Shown here in pieces: positions 18,898 through 26,766 of a stretch of 51,547 nucleotides of DNA. Origin of the DNA: a virus (Duplodnaviria > Caudoviricetes); the IMG/VR virus record IMGVR_UViG_3300009684_000002, positions 1 through 51,547 of that record. One strand, written 5' to 3'. A program made the position numbers and the translations under genes. Under the pieces are notes generated by a model. The model did not search any database and was not told the origin of the DNA. It saw nothing but the letters and a program-made list of their open reading frames with translations. Numbering within the stretch: position 1 is the stretch's first letter; every line of letters starts with the position of its first letter.

Positions 18898-19836
18898 TTA
18901 GAATTGAAATCCTGCTGTTACATTGGTTCGTTGTTTGATTATCTCTACATACTCTGGATTGAGTTCACAAAGAATTGCTTTGCGACCATACTCCAAAGCT
19001 ACTTTTCCTGTTGTTCCAGATCCCCCAAAAGGATCAAGCACAACATCTGACGATCTGCTTCCAGCAAGAATACAAGGTTGGATCAACTCCTCTGGAAATG
19101 TGGCGAAGTGCGCCCCTCTAAAGGATTGTGTATTCACTGACCATACAGACCGTTTATTTGCTTTTGTATATGATTTTTCAAGTCCTGCGTGAGGGTGAAG
19201 TCCTGATCCCTCATTGTGATATTTCCCATTAGTTCTGTCTCTGGTTCCCCAATCATCCTTGCAAGGTTCTTTTATTGCTTCATTGTCATAATAATACTTT
19301 GGAGACTTACTCATTAAGAAAATATACTCATGCGATTTGGTGCAACGATCCTCCACGCTCTCAGGCATTGGATTGGGCTTGTGCCAGATAATGTCCTGAC
19401 GCAAATACCATCCATCTGCTCGTAGGGCAAAGGCTACCATCCAAGGAATCCCAATCAAATCTTTGTTTTTAATCCCTGTGCCAACAAAGGTAGATGCCAT
19501 TCTATTTTTAGCCAACCCCTTATCAACAAGTGTTCCTATATCTTCACCCCTAGTTGTATCAGGAACAGCTTTCCCATCTTTATAGGATGAATAGCTATCT
19601 CCTAAATTTAGCCAAAGAGTTCCATCATCACGCAATACCCTTTTCACTTCTCGGAATACAGATACAAGTTGGTCAACAAAATCTTGCGGCGTTTGTTCAA
19701 GACCAATTTGTCCATCATGCCCATAGTCTCGCAACCCAAAGTAGGGTGGAGATGTTACGCAAGTCTGGACGCTTTGATCTGACAGTTGTTTTAGGGTTTC
19801 CCTGCAATCACCTGTTAATATCTGAAGATCATTCAT
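18898..19836 (-). CDS. N4/N6 DNA methyltransferase (beta class)
   Basis: GDCRE, VTSPPYF catalytic motif, IIWHKPNPMPES, HFATFP, VLDPFGGSGTT SAM-binding motif. Confidence 0.92.
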   Translation of the reverse strand: MNDLQILTGDCRETLKQLSDQSVQTCVTSPPYFGLRDYGHDGQIGLEQTPQDFVDQLVSVFREVKRVLRDDGTLWLNLGDSYSSYKDGKAVPDTTRGEDIGTLVDKGLAKNRMASTFVGTGIKNKDLIGIPWMVAFALRADGWYLRQDIIWHKPNPMPESVEDRCTKSHEYIFLMSKSPKYYYDNEAIKEPCKDDWGTRDRTNGKYHNEGSGLHPHAGLEKSYTKANKRSVWSVNTQSFRGAHFATFPEELIQPCILAGSRSSDVVLDPFGGSGTTGKVALEYGRKAILCELNPEYVEIIKQRTNVTAGFQF

Positions 19837-20060
19837 ACCTCGCACTCAAATTCCTGGTCTGGTTCACACTCGGCGGTGACATCCTCAAGGTCAACGTCCT
19901 GCCCACATCTAGGACACTCACCGGGGTCAACCTCTGCGTCTTGTCCGGGGTCATATAGTTCTACAGGCCCGTATTGTCCTGATGCTGGTTGCTCTGGTGA
20001 GAATGAGACTTCAAACTCAAACTCACACTCATCGTTCTTACACTGGTAGTCTATTTTCAT
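19833..20060 (-). CDS. Small acidic zinc-ribbon protein
   Basis: YQCKNDEC...ECPRCGQ. Confidence 0.55.
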   Translation of the reverse strand: MKIDYQCKNDECEFEFEVSFSPEQPASGQYGPVELYDPGQDAEVDPGECPRCGQDVDLEDVTAECEPDQEFECEV

Positions 20061-20087
20061 GTTTGCGGCGGTATTGTGGTTGCTGGT

Positions 20088-20348
20088 TCAGTTTATCCCG
20101 AACATTGCGTCGAGATGGCGATCTGTGGTTGACTCCTTGAGCCTTTCAGATTCTTTAAAGGATTGCAATCTCTTTTTTAGAATAATTAAGTCGGCGGCGA
20201 TCTCTCTTGCCCTAGCGGTGCTAATCTGAATGGTATCTAGTTTGTGATGCTGTGAGGTTTGTATCAAGTTGTAGAACAGGGGTTCGATGCTGGCTACAAT
20301 TCTCTGCGTTTCAGTCAATAGGTCGGCGGCGGTGGTTTTAGTGGTCAT
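20088..20348 (-). CDS. Hypothetical protein
   Basis: 86 aa coupled ORF. Confidence 0.5.
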   Translation of the reverse strand: MTTKTTAADLLTETQRIVASIEPLFYNLIQTSQHHKLDTIQISTARAREIAADLIILKKRLQSFKESERLKESTTDRHLDAMFGIN

Positions 20349-20800
20349 GGTTTAATTTTGGTGGTTAGGTTGTCTGTTCTGCGTCCCGCTGTCTTTATTT
20401 CCAGCGGTCTTTCTATCCCGTCCCAGAGTTCCTGGAGATGGGTGAAATTAGTTCTATCGGTTTCCCTTCCTCGATGTCTCACGATACTTAAAGGAAACTC
20501 ATGAGGTCTCAATGGATCAGGTTTTTTTGGCGGCGGCGGTGAATCAGGTTGTTCTGATCCATAGACTCGGCCTATGTAGTGGTCTGCAAGGGAAGTTCTT
20601 TTCCAGTCTGAAGCACGAAAAATTGGTTTTTCTCTTTCATGCGGTAAATCAAGAGACCTTTTATCGCTTTTATCGCTTTTATCGCTTTTATCGCTTATCC
20701 GCATAGTCGGCGGCGGTGGTTTTGGTGGTGATTCAATAAACTTTTCGTTCTGCTTAATCATGGTCATGAGATTCGATATGATTTGTTCAAGCGTTTCCAT
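20345..20800 (-). CDS. Pro-rich hypothetical protein containing an (SDK)4 repeat
   Basis: 151 aa ORF containing the 9-bp tandem repeat. Confidence 0.45.
   Translation of the reverse strand: METLEQIISNLMTMIKQNEKFIESPPKPPPPTMRISDKSDKSDKSDKRSLDLPHEREKPIFRASDWKRTSLADHYIGRVYGSEQPDSPPPPKKPDPLRPHEFPLSIVRHRGRETDRTNFTHLQELWDGIERPLEIKTAGRRTDNLTTKIKP
20658..20693. repeat. Tandem repeat (CTTTTATCG)x4
   Basis: Four exact 9-bp units. Confidence 0.9.
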
Positions 20801-20894
20801 GATCGGCGGCGGTGATTAGATTAAGGCTCGACGGATTCCGGCAAGATAGAATCTCCACGCCTTCGGCTTTCGGATCATGCAGACAAGGTGAAGG

Positions 20895-21038
20895 CTAATT
20901 TGTGATGTTTTGCTCATAGTCTGCGGCGGTTGTTTGCTTGGTGATGGAGTCGAGAATGCAAACATTTTCCCCGTGTTCGTCTACGGTCTCGCAAAAACAA
21001 TGGTTTTCGTCGCAAAGAATCTCTTTTTCTGTTGTCAT
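20895..21038 (-). CDS. Small Cys/His acidic protein (47 aa)
   Basis: MTTEKEILCDENHCFCETVDEHGENVC...; leader AACAACGCAGACT. Confidence 0.4.
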   Translation of the reverse strand: MTTEKEILCDENHCFCETVDEHGENVCILDSITKQTTAADYEQNITN

Positions 21039-21050
21039 AGTCTGCGTTGT

Positions 21051-21221
21051 TTAGTTGTTAAGGGTTTGCTGAATTGCTTTTATCTCCAAGTCAATAGCTT
21101 CGCACGTTGCAATAATGCGCTCTAATGAAGCCAAGATCGGGTTTATCCTGGGTGCGTCCCAGTTAGGGACTAGGGACAAGTCAACGGTTATCGGCTCGGC
21201 GGCGGCGGGTTCAGTGGTCAT
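21051..21221 (-). CDS. Small hypothetical protein (56 aa)
   Basis: MTTEPAAAEPITVD...; N-terminus resembles that of 18497-18706 (MTTEP...AAEPI). Confidence 0.45.
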   Translation of the reverse strand: MTTEPAAAEPITVDLSLVPNWDAPRINPILASLERIIATCEAIDLEIKAIQQTLNN

Positions 21222-21222
21222 G

Positions 21223-21411
21223 CTATTTCTCCGGGTATCCTATAAAAGTTGCAGTTTTGTTAATGAATTTGACGGTTTGATGATCCCGGCGGTGCTTTTT
21301 AAGCAATCTTGCCAGCATGGAACGTGCATTTTTACCTCCCCTAACAAGAGCCGGGGAAAGAATGGAATCAATCTGTTTCTCCGTTGTGGTGAATTTCATG
21401 TTATTAGTCAC
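21223..21411 (-). CDS. Hypothetical protein
   Basis: 62 aa ORF in the early - strand block. Confidence 0.4.
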   Translation of the reverse strand: MTNNMKFTTTEKQIDSILSPALVRGGKNARSMLARLLKKHRRDHQTVKFINKTATFIGYPEK

Positions 21412-21702
21412 GGGTTACGATCATAGTACCAGTGCGCTCGTCACCTTGCAGGTGTTCTCCGTTGTCTCGAAATAGTTGGACGGTTACAGGAATATCAGAG
21501 TATTCACGCACTTCCTTGGCAATATCCAAGGGGATTTGATCGTGTCCCCGGCTGCTTGTCCATACTCCTTCAATTGGAATGAATTCTTTAAGTTTTTCTA
21601 TGTCTTTAAGTGTGATGCTATGCGTCATGCTGATGTTTTTTTGGTGTTCCTGGGCTGAATTGTCCAGGCTACTACCTTCCCGTGAGAAGGCAGTTTGCCT
21701 AA

Positions 21703-21939
21703 TCAATTAGAGAGACGAATTACGATGCAATCCCCGAACATTGCAGGAAATAGTTCTTTTTTTCTCCATGCTCCCCTTTCGGTATATCTGAAGATATATT
21801 GAGGATGATCCGTGAAATCTTTCTCATTCCCATAGGCGTTTCCATTGTAGAAAAATCCATTGGGATTTTTAATTGCGTATTCTAGTTTAAGGTTTTTTAT
21901 ATCAAACGCTTCCATGGTTTTTAGGATTTGAAAAGGCAA
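21703..21939 (-). CDS. Hypothetical protein
   Basis: 78 aa ORF (probable start MEAFDIK). Confidence 0.45.
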   Translation of the reverse strand: MPFQILKTMEAFDIKNLKLEYAIKNPNGFFYNGNAYGNEKDFTDHPQYIFRYTERGAWRKKELFPAMFGDCIVIRLSN

Positions 21940-22003
21940 GCGAGGATGAAGAAAACGAACGCCTCGACGAATAATATACCGAGCACGTTAAGGATAAGGT
22001 TTT

Positions 22004-22225
22004 TCATTTTTTTGCTTCCCAGTAGGGGTCGAAATTGAAAGGGATGTCTATCCATTGTTCAAGGTTCCCTTGGTGGGTAAATCTCTCTTGTATGTTCCGC
22101 TGTAAGGTGAATTGTGGCTTTGCGAGGATTGCTCTACTTGTCTCTGTGCTTTCAAAGTAGAGGTCACTTTCGTGATTCTCGATTGCTATTCCCGCTTCTT
22201 TTAATTCCTGATAAAGTGATTTCAT
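22004..22225 (-). CDS. Hypothetical early protein
   Basis: MKSLYQELKEAGIAIENHESDLYF...WIDIPFNFDPYW; preceded by AAAGGAGA. Confidence 0.6.
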   Translation of the reverse strand: MKSLYQELKEAGIAIENHESDLYFESTETSRAILAKPQFTLQRNIQERFTHQGNLEQWIDIPFNFDPYWEAKK

Positions 22226-22244
22226 GTTTTTATCTCCTTTAATT

Positions 22245-22688
22245 TTAGAAACAAACCGGAATACCCCGTGAATAGAAGGCGTTGATGTCTTTACCCTCTG
22301 GAACGTCATTGGGGCGTATGATATAAAGGGAACACCCTCTAGGGTCAGTTTGAACGTATCCCCTAACGCTTTTCCCCTCCATGATAGAGGCGAGCCTTTC
22401 AAGGTTGGATTTCTCCATGTCCCGACAAGCTGACTTGGTTTCTCTCCATTCTCCTGATTGTGTGCGATATTGTATGCGGACAAAAGGTTTTCCTGTTGCT
22501 TCATCACGTTCCACTGATTCTGACCTTTTGTCAGTTCCTGTCCCACACTCTAAATTATGCCAGCGATTCAATCCCCTTTCAATCCTTAGAAGTGAGGAGG
22601 TTTCATCGTGTGTAAATCCAAGGTCAGAAAGCACCTTGAAAAAGTGTTCCCTCTTCATTGCTTTCGTCCATCGTGTTGTGGTGTTCAT
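22245..22688 (-). CDS. Hypothetical early phage protein
   Basis: LLRIERGLNRWHNLECG...YVQTDPRGCSLYI. Confidence 0.65.
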   Translation of the reverse strand: MNTTTRWTKAMKREHFFKVLSDLGFTHDETSSLLRIERGLNRWHNLECGTGTDKRSESVERDEATGKPFVRIQYRTQSGEWRETKSACRDMEKSNLERLASIMEGKSVRGYVQTDPRGCSLYIIRPNDVPEGKDINAFYSRGIPVCF

Positions 22689-22696
22689 GTTTTTTT

Positions 22697-22726
22697 TTGG
22701 TGTTGGTGTTGGTGTTGGTGTTGGTG
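22697..22726. repeat. Hexamer repeat (TTGGTG)x5 in a gene leader
   Basis: Reads (CACCAA)5 on the coding strand just upstream of the 22688 start. Confidence 0.85.
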
Positions 22727-22727
22727 A

Positions 22728-22955
22728 TTAGATAAGAACCTTTGACATCGAACGCTTCATGGTTTCATAGTTCTGAACCACTAAAAGGAGAGCATGAAAA
22801 GACTCTTTATTTTCTGGGACGTTTTGAGTAACTCCCTTCTCTCCTTTTTTGATGCCATCAAGATAAGTGAACTCATAGAAAAACCCGCCGTGAAGTTTCA
22901 TAGTTTTCCCGGTGTATTCGATCTTGTCGCCGTTTCTGTAGCTAGTTGCTTTCAT
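22728..22955 (-). CDS. Hypothetical early protein
   Basis: 75 aa, first gene of the - strand early block. Confidence 0.55.
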   Translation of the reverse strand: MKATSYRNGDKIEYTGKTMKLHGGFFYEFTYLDGIKKGEKGVTQNVPENKESFHALLLVVQNYETMKRSMSKVLI

Positions 22956-23317
22956 GTTTTGTTTTGTTGTTGTTGTTTTTTATGATCGCCTCTGGAGCCA
23001 GTATTTATCAGCTTCCGTTGGCTGTCACTCCATACACTCTACCATACTAAAAGAAACTTGCAAGATATATTTATGGGTAGAATGATCTTTTTTTCATGGA
23101 GTAGAGAAATATGCTTGACACAATCACGGAAAGGGAGTGTAACATATGGGAGCGCAAAGCGACCATTCTTTCTGGGTTATACTTTTCAGTTTATGGGTTT
23201 TCCTGATTCAGTCTCTTGTCTCTCGGCTTCGCCTCGGTCGATAGGGATCAGGAACACGACGAGGGGATGAACAAGGGAAGGTTGACTAGAGAATGGCACT
23301 ATGTAAAACTCTGGAAA

Positions 23318-23872
23318 ATGAACAAGAAAAAGACGCTATCTTCCAATAGCTTAAACCCTCGTCAATTAGCTTATGCAACACTACGAGCAAAGGGGGAGAA
23401 TAAAAGCCAAGCATACCTGAAAGCCGGGTATAAAGCTAACACTATAGAACAAGCTGGATCGGGAGCGTATAAGCTAGAACAAGATCCAAGAGTCTCACAA
23501 TATATCTCCACTCTCCAAGAATCATCCTTCATCAAAGAAGCGTTATCTGTCGCAGAAAAGCGAGCATTCTTGGCTGCCACCGTTCGAGCAAACCCTCTAG
23601 ATCCTGATTTGCCTGGTCACCTCATCCAAGAGGCCCGCACAGAAGTTGATCCCGCAGGTAATGTTAAAAAGGTTATTAAACTACCTAGCAAACTAGAAGC
23701 AATTAACATTGATAACAAGATGGCAGGAGATAATTACGCCGATCGAGCAGGTGGAGAGATAATCAATCCCTTCCTTGCCATCGTGAGTCTGTTTTCAAAT
23801 CAACCTGGCACGTTGCCAGCTATGCCAGCACAAGCACAAGTAATCGAAGCGGAGATTGTGCCAGCGGACTAG
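23318..23872 (+). CDS. terS: Terminase small subunit
   Basis: LNPRQLAYA...GENKSQAYLKAGY...AYKLEQDPRVSQYI HTH-type TerS motif; KLPSKLEAINIDNKMAG; start revised to MNKKK. Confidence 0.75.
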   Translation: MNKKKTLSSNSLNPRQLAYATLRAKGENKSQAYLKAGYKANTIEQAGSGAYKLEQDPRVSQYISTLQESSFIKEALSVAEKRAFLAATVRANPLDPDLPGHLIQEARTEVDPAGNVKKVIKLPSKLEAINIDNKMAGDNYADRAGGEIINPFLAIVSLFSNQPGTLPAMPAQAQVIEAEIVPAD

Positions 23873-24076
23873 GCGAGCCGGGAGCCTGGAGAAAAGCCGG
23901 GAAGGGGGACACTAGAAAGCATTCTTCAAGGAATCTCTTCGGGTGGTGGGGCGGGGTATGCACGCCTGGCGTGGGGGCGGTCGTATACGATACTACCTTC
24001 CCAGAAAATATGGCATTTTGAAAACTTTCTGCTTTTTTTTATTGCGTGTGTGTCATGAATAGTTTATTTGTAAATT

Positions 24077-25159
24077 ATGAAGATTAAAGCAGGAACTCAA
24101 AGAGAAGATGGGTTAGTATTTTATTCAATTCAACGGGGAAAAGAAAAATGGATTACAAAGGATAAGTTTGATTATTACCGAAATTTACAAACTCAATGGA
24201 GGTTAAAGAATAAGGAGAGGGCAAATGAGTTGGTTAGAAACTGGAATCGTTTGAATCGTGAAAAAGCAAAGGAAAGTGGATTAAATTGGAGAAAAAATAA
24301 TCCTGATAAAATAAAAGCTATTGAAAAAAGAAGGCAAGAGAAAATAAAATCCCAAAATGTTGATAAGATAAAATCTAGACAAGAAAAATGGCGTTTAGCT
24401 AGAGAAGAGAAACTTGCATTAAAACAAAAACGCCTAGAAGAACGATTAGTTAAAAAAGCAGAAAAAGAAATGTTAAAAGCATTAAAGCCTAAAAGAGTAT
24501 TATTAACTCCAGAAGAAAAAAGGTTAAGAAAACTAGAAATAAATAAAAAGTATTTTCAAAATAACCCGGAAGCCAAGGAAAAAAGAAATGCTCGCAGAAG
24601 GGAATGGATGAAAACTCCAGAGCAAAAGATGAGAAAAAAAGAATGGGCAAAAAGATATTATAAAAAATATCCAGAGAAATTGCGGGAGAAGCGTAGAAAT
24701 AAAAAGAAAACTCCAGCGGCAAAAAAAAGAAAAGTTATACAAATTGCAAGAAAAAGAAAAAATGATCCTTTATTTGCTTTTAAAGATCGTATTCGTAATA
24801 CAATTAATAAATGTTTGACTAGATGTGGTTATACTAAAAGATCAAAGTCTTTAGATATTTTAGGATGTTCATGGGATGAATTTTACAAATATATAGAATC
24901 TAAATTTGCTGAGGGAATGAATTGGAATAACAGGGGAATGGATGGATGGCACATTGATCATATTATTCCTTTAGCTGTGGCAAAAACAGAAGAAGAGATA
25001 ATGAGATTGAATCATTATACAAACCTTCAGCCTCTTTGGGGTAAAGAAAATATGAACAAAAAAGATTTATTACCTGATGGAAGAGAAGCAAGGAATGTTA
25101 CTTTTGCTGATATTGAACATCTGCTTAAACAGAACTCTACATTGGATTGCAGTAGTTGA
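24077..25159 (+). CDS. HNH-type homing endonuclease with long basic repeat linker (paralog 3)
   Basis: GTQREDGLVF N-module; ILGCSWDEF...GMNWNNRG..GWHIDHIIP...LNHYTNLQPLWGKEN. Confidence 0.85.
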   Translation: MKIKAGTQREDGLVFYSIQRGKEKWITKDKFDYYRNLQTQWRLKNKERANELVRNWNRLNREKAKESGLNWRKNNPDKIKAIEKRRQEKIKSQNVDKIKSRQEKWRLAREEKLALKQKRLEERLVKKAEKEMLKALKPKRVLLTPEEKRLRKLEINKKYFQNNPEAKEKRNARRREWMKTPEQKMRKKEWAKRYYKKYPEKLREKRRNKKKTPAAKKRKVIQIARKRKNDPLFAFKDRIRNTINKCLTRCGYTKRSKSLDILGCSWDEFYKYIESKFAEGMNWNNRGMDGWHIDHIIPLAVAKTEEEIMRLNHYTNLQPLWGKENMNKKDLLPDGREARNVTFADIEHLLKQNSTLDCSS

Positions 25160-25177
25160 AATGTATTGTATAGATGC

Positions 25178-25205
25178 TTGACGAGGTAATGAGAGTGGTT
25201 ATAGT
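25178..25205 (+). promoter_or_regulatory. Sigma70-like promoter for the ferritin-like gene
   Basis: TTGACG-N16-TATAGT, 9 nt upstream of ATG 25215. Confidence 0.45.
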
Positions 25206-25214
25206 TTTTGGACT

Positions 25215-25577
25215 ATGAACAAAGGTGAATTACTTATTACGTTGTTGAATGCGGCTACGATTGGTCATGTGTTACATTTGCAGAGTCGGAGCTATGCGGA
25301 GCATAAGGCATTGAATACGTTTTATTCGGAGATGCCTGATCTGGTTGATGGGGTGATTGAGGCTTACCAAGGAAGATATGGAGAGTTGATTGAGTATCCC
25401 GATCAGGTTGTGGAGTTGAGTGAGTATAAGGATGCCTTGGAGTTTGTGATGTTCTTGAAGATATTGCTTGAGGAGGATCGTTATGTATTGGGAGATGCGA
25501 GTGAGATCCAGAACCTTGTGGATGGGATTGCAGAGTTGATTGATTCTACTATTTATAAGCTGACGTTCCTCAAGTAG
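25215..25577 (+). CDS. Ferritin/Dps-like four-helix protein (DUF5856-like)
   Basis: HVLHLQSRSYAEHKALNTFY...DGVIEAYQGRYG...QNLVDGI...STIYKLTFL. Confidence 0.75.
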   Translation: MNKGELLITLLNAATIGHVLHLQSRSYAEHKALNTFYSEMPDLVDGVIEAYQGRYGELIEYPDQVVELSEYKDALEFVMFLKILLEEDRYVLGDASEIQNLVDGIAELIDSTIYKLTFLK

Positions 25578-25589
25578 GGTGATCCACGA

Positions 25590-26058
25590 ATTTAGCGTAA
25601 AGCGCACTTTACTTAAATCGGCGTTGTGTGAAGTGAATGTCGATTAAGCATCCATATCCATAGGTTCATGGTCAAAAAACAAGGATCTTTGACCATATAG
25701 GTAATCAACTACTAAAACGTTTATAATTAGTAGTTCGGTGATTCTTAACTCGCCAAAATAGACGAATGTTCCCCTTTGGAAATGCCTTAACTCGACTTTT
25801 GTTACGAGTTAGGGGTAGGGTTGTGTCTTTATCGGGTGGGTGAATTTCCGAAACTGTGTCTCGGATTTTATGCAAGGTTGTTAATTATTGGTGTGCGGCT
25901 TGATCGGGTATAATGCGGTGAATAATCGGGTAATCTCCGCAAGTGTAACCATACTTAACAAATAATCGTCTTTTTTGTAAGGTATCGTTTACAAAATGCG
26001 GATGTCTACGATCTACTACACAGGAGCAGTAATCATGAAATACTACTTTTGTGTGGTA
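25590..26058. repeat. Non-coding array of about 10 contiguous, sequence-unrelated inverted repeats
   Basis: e.g. ATGGTCAAA-N11-TTTGACCAT, AACTACTAA-N11-TTAGTAGTT, CCTTAACTCG-N10-CGAGTTAGGG, TGCGGTGAATA-N6-TAATCTCCGCA. Confidence 0.8.
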
Positions 26059-26062
26059 TGCG

Positions 26063-26536
26063 TTAGTTGACGTATTCTCTCAACTGAAGTTCTTCGTGGG
26101 CTTCTTCTTTCAGATTTGCAAGATCGGAAACAGCTTTTTCTAACCTTTCTTCTACAGGGCAAACATCTCCGCTTTCATGCCGATCTTTTTTTGCGTGGTG
26201 CAATTCACGGCAAGCACGACTTCCTCCACCAGATAGCGTTTCCGCAATATCAATTGCTTGGTTCAGAAGCTCACGGAGCCTTGCGACCTCGTTGCGTGTA
26301 TGCCTTAGCCAATCATCAGAAATCTTCAACTCTTCAGATAAGGCCGAGTCAGATAGCAAAAATTCGTTATTTTCTTTGCGGAGCCGTTCGATCTCGGCTT
26401 GTGCTTTTACTTGGTTCTCTAGGGACACAGCTAGTTCCATCTCAAGTTTCAGTGCAAGCGACTTGTTAACAAAAATCTTTCTCCCAGACCAAATACAAGT
26501 TTCAGCGTCTGTGCGTGGAGTGGTTGATGTATTCAT
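26063..26536 (-). CDS. TPRTDA-family coiled-coil protein
   Basis: TPRTDAET...SLENQVK...NEVARLRE...AIDIAE; mosaic of the 11622 and 11960 modules. Confidence 0.65.
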   Translation of the reverse strand: MNTSTTPRTDAETCIWSGRKIFVNKSLALKLEMELAVSLENQVKAQAEIERLRKENNEFLLSDSALSEELKISDDWLRHTRNEVARLRELLNQAIDIAETLSGGGSRACRELHHAKKDRHESGDVCPVEERLEKAVSDLANLKEEAHEELQLREYVN

Positions 26537-26574
26537 GAATCTAAATAAAAAAGCAAAGGTGATTGAATGACAAG

Positions 26575-26667
26575 AAAAAAGGTCGGAGGAGGTTCAGGTC
26601 GCTATCTCCTCTGGTTCGCAACAATTGGTTGACATCCCCCAGACTTGACCCCTCAATGCCTCCATCA
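26575..26667 (-). ncRNA. Candidate small structured RNA (about 90 nt rod-like hairpin)
   Basis: TTGACA-N16-TAGGAT promoter (26701-26674); nested pairings GGAGG/CCUCC, GGUC/GACC, UCUGG/CCAGA, CAAC/GUUG; ends in U6. Confidence 0.45.
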
Positions 26668-26766
26668 ATACAAATCCTATGCACTTATAAATATCTGTCA
26701 AGGAATTGGCTACCCACCACCAAAGGGTATAGGCTAATAATTATCTTTCTAAATTAGAGTATGGGC

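Noticed and set aside
25590-26058. CRISPR mini-array or integron attC cassette array
   Set aside because: No repeated unit sequence alternating with spacers, no cas or integrase gene, and no ORFs between the palindromes
26575-26667. tRNA or SRP RNA
   Set aside because: No cloverleaf, TPsiC GTTC motif or CCA end, and no SRP helix-8 motif
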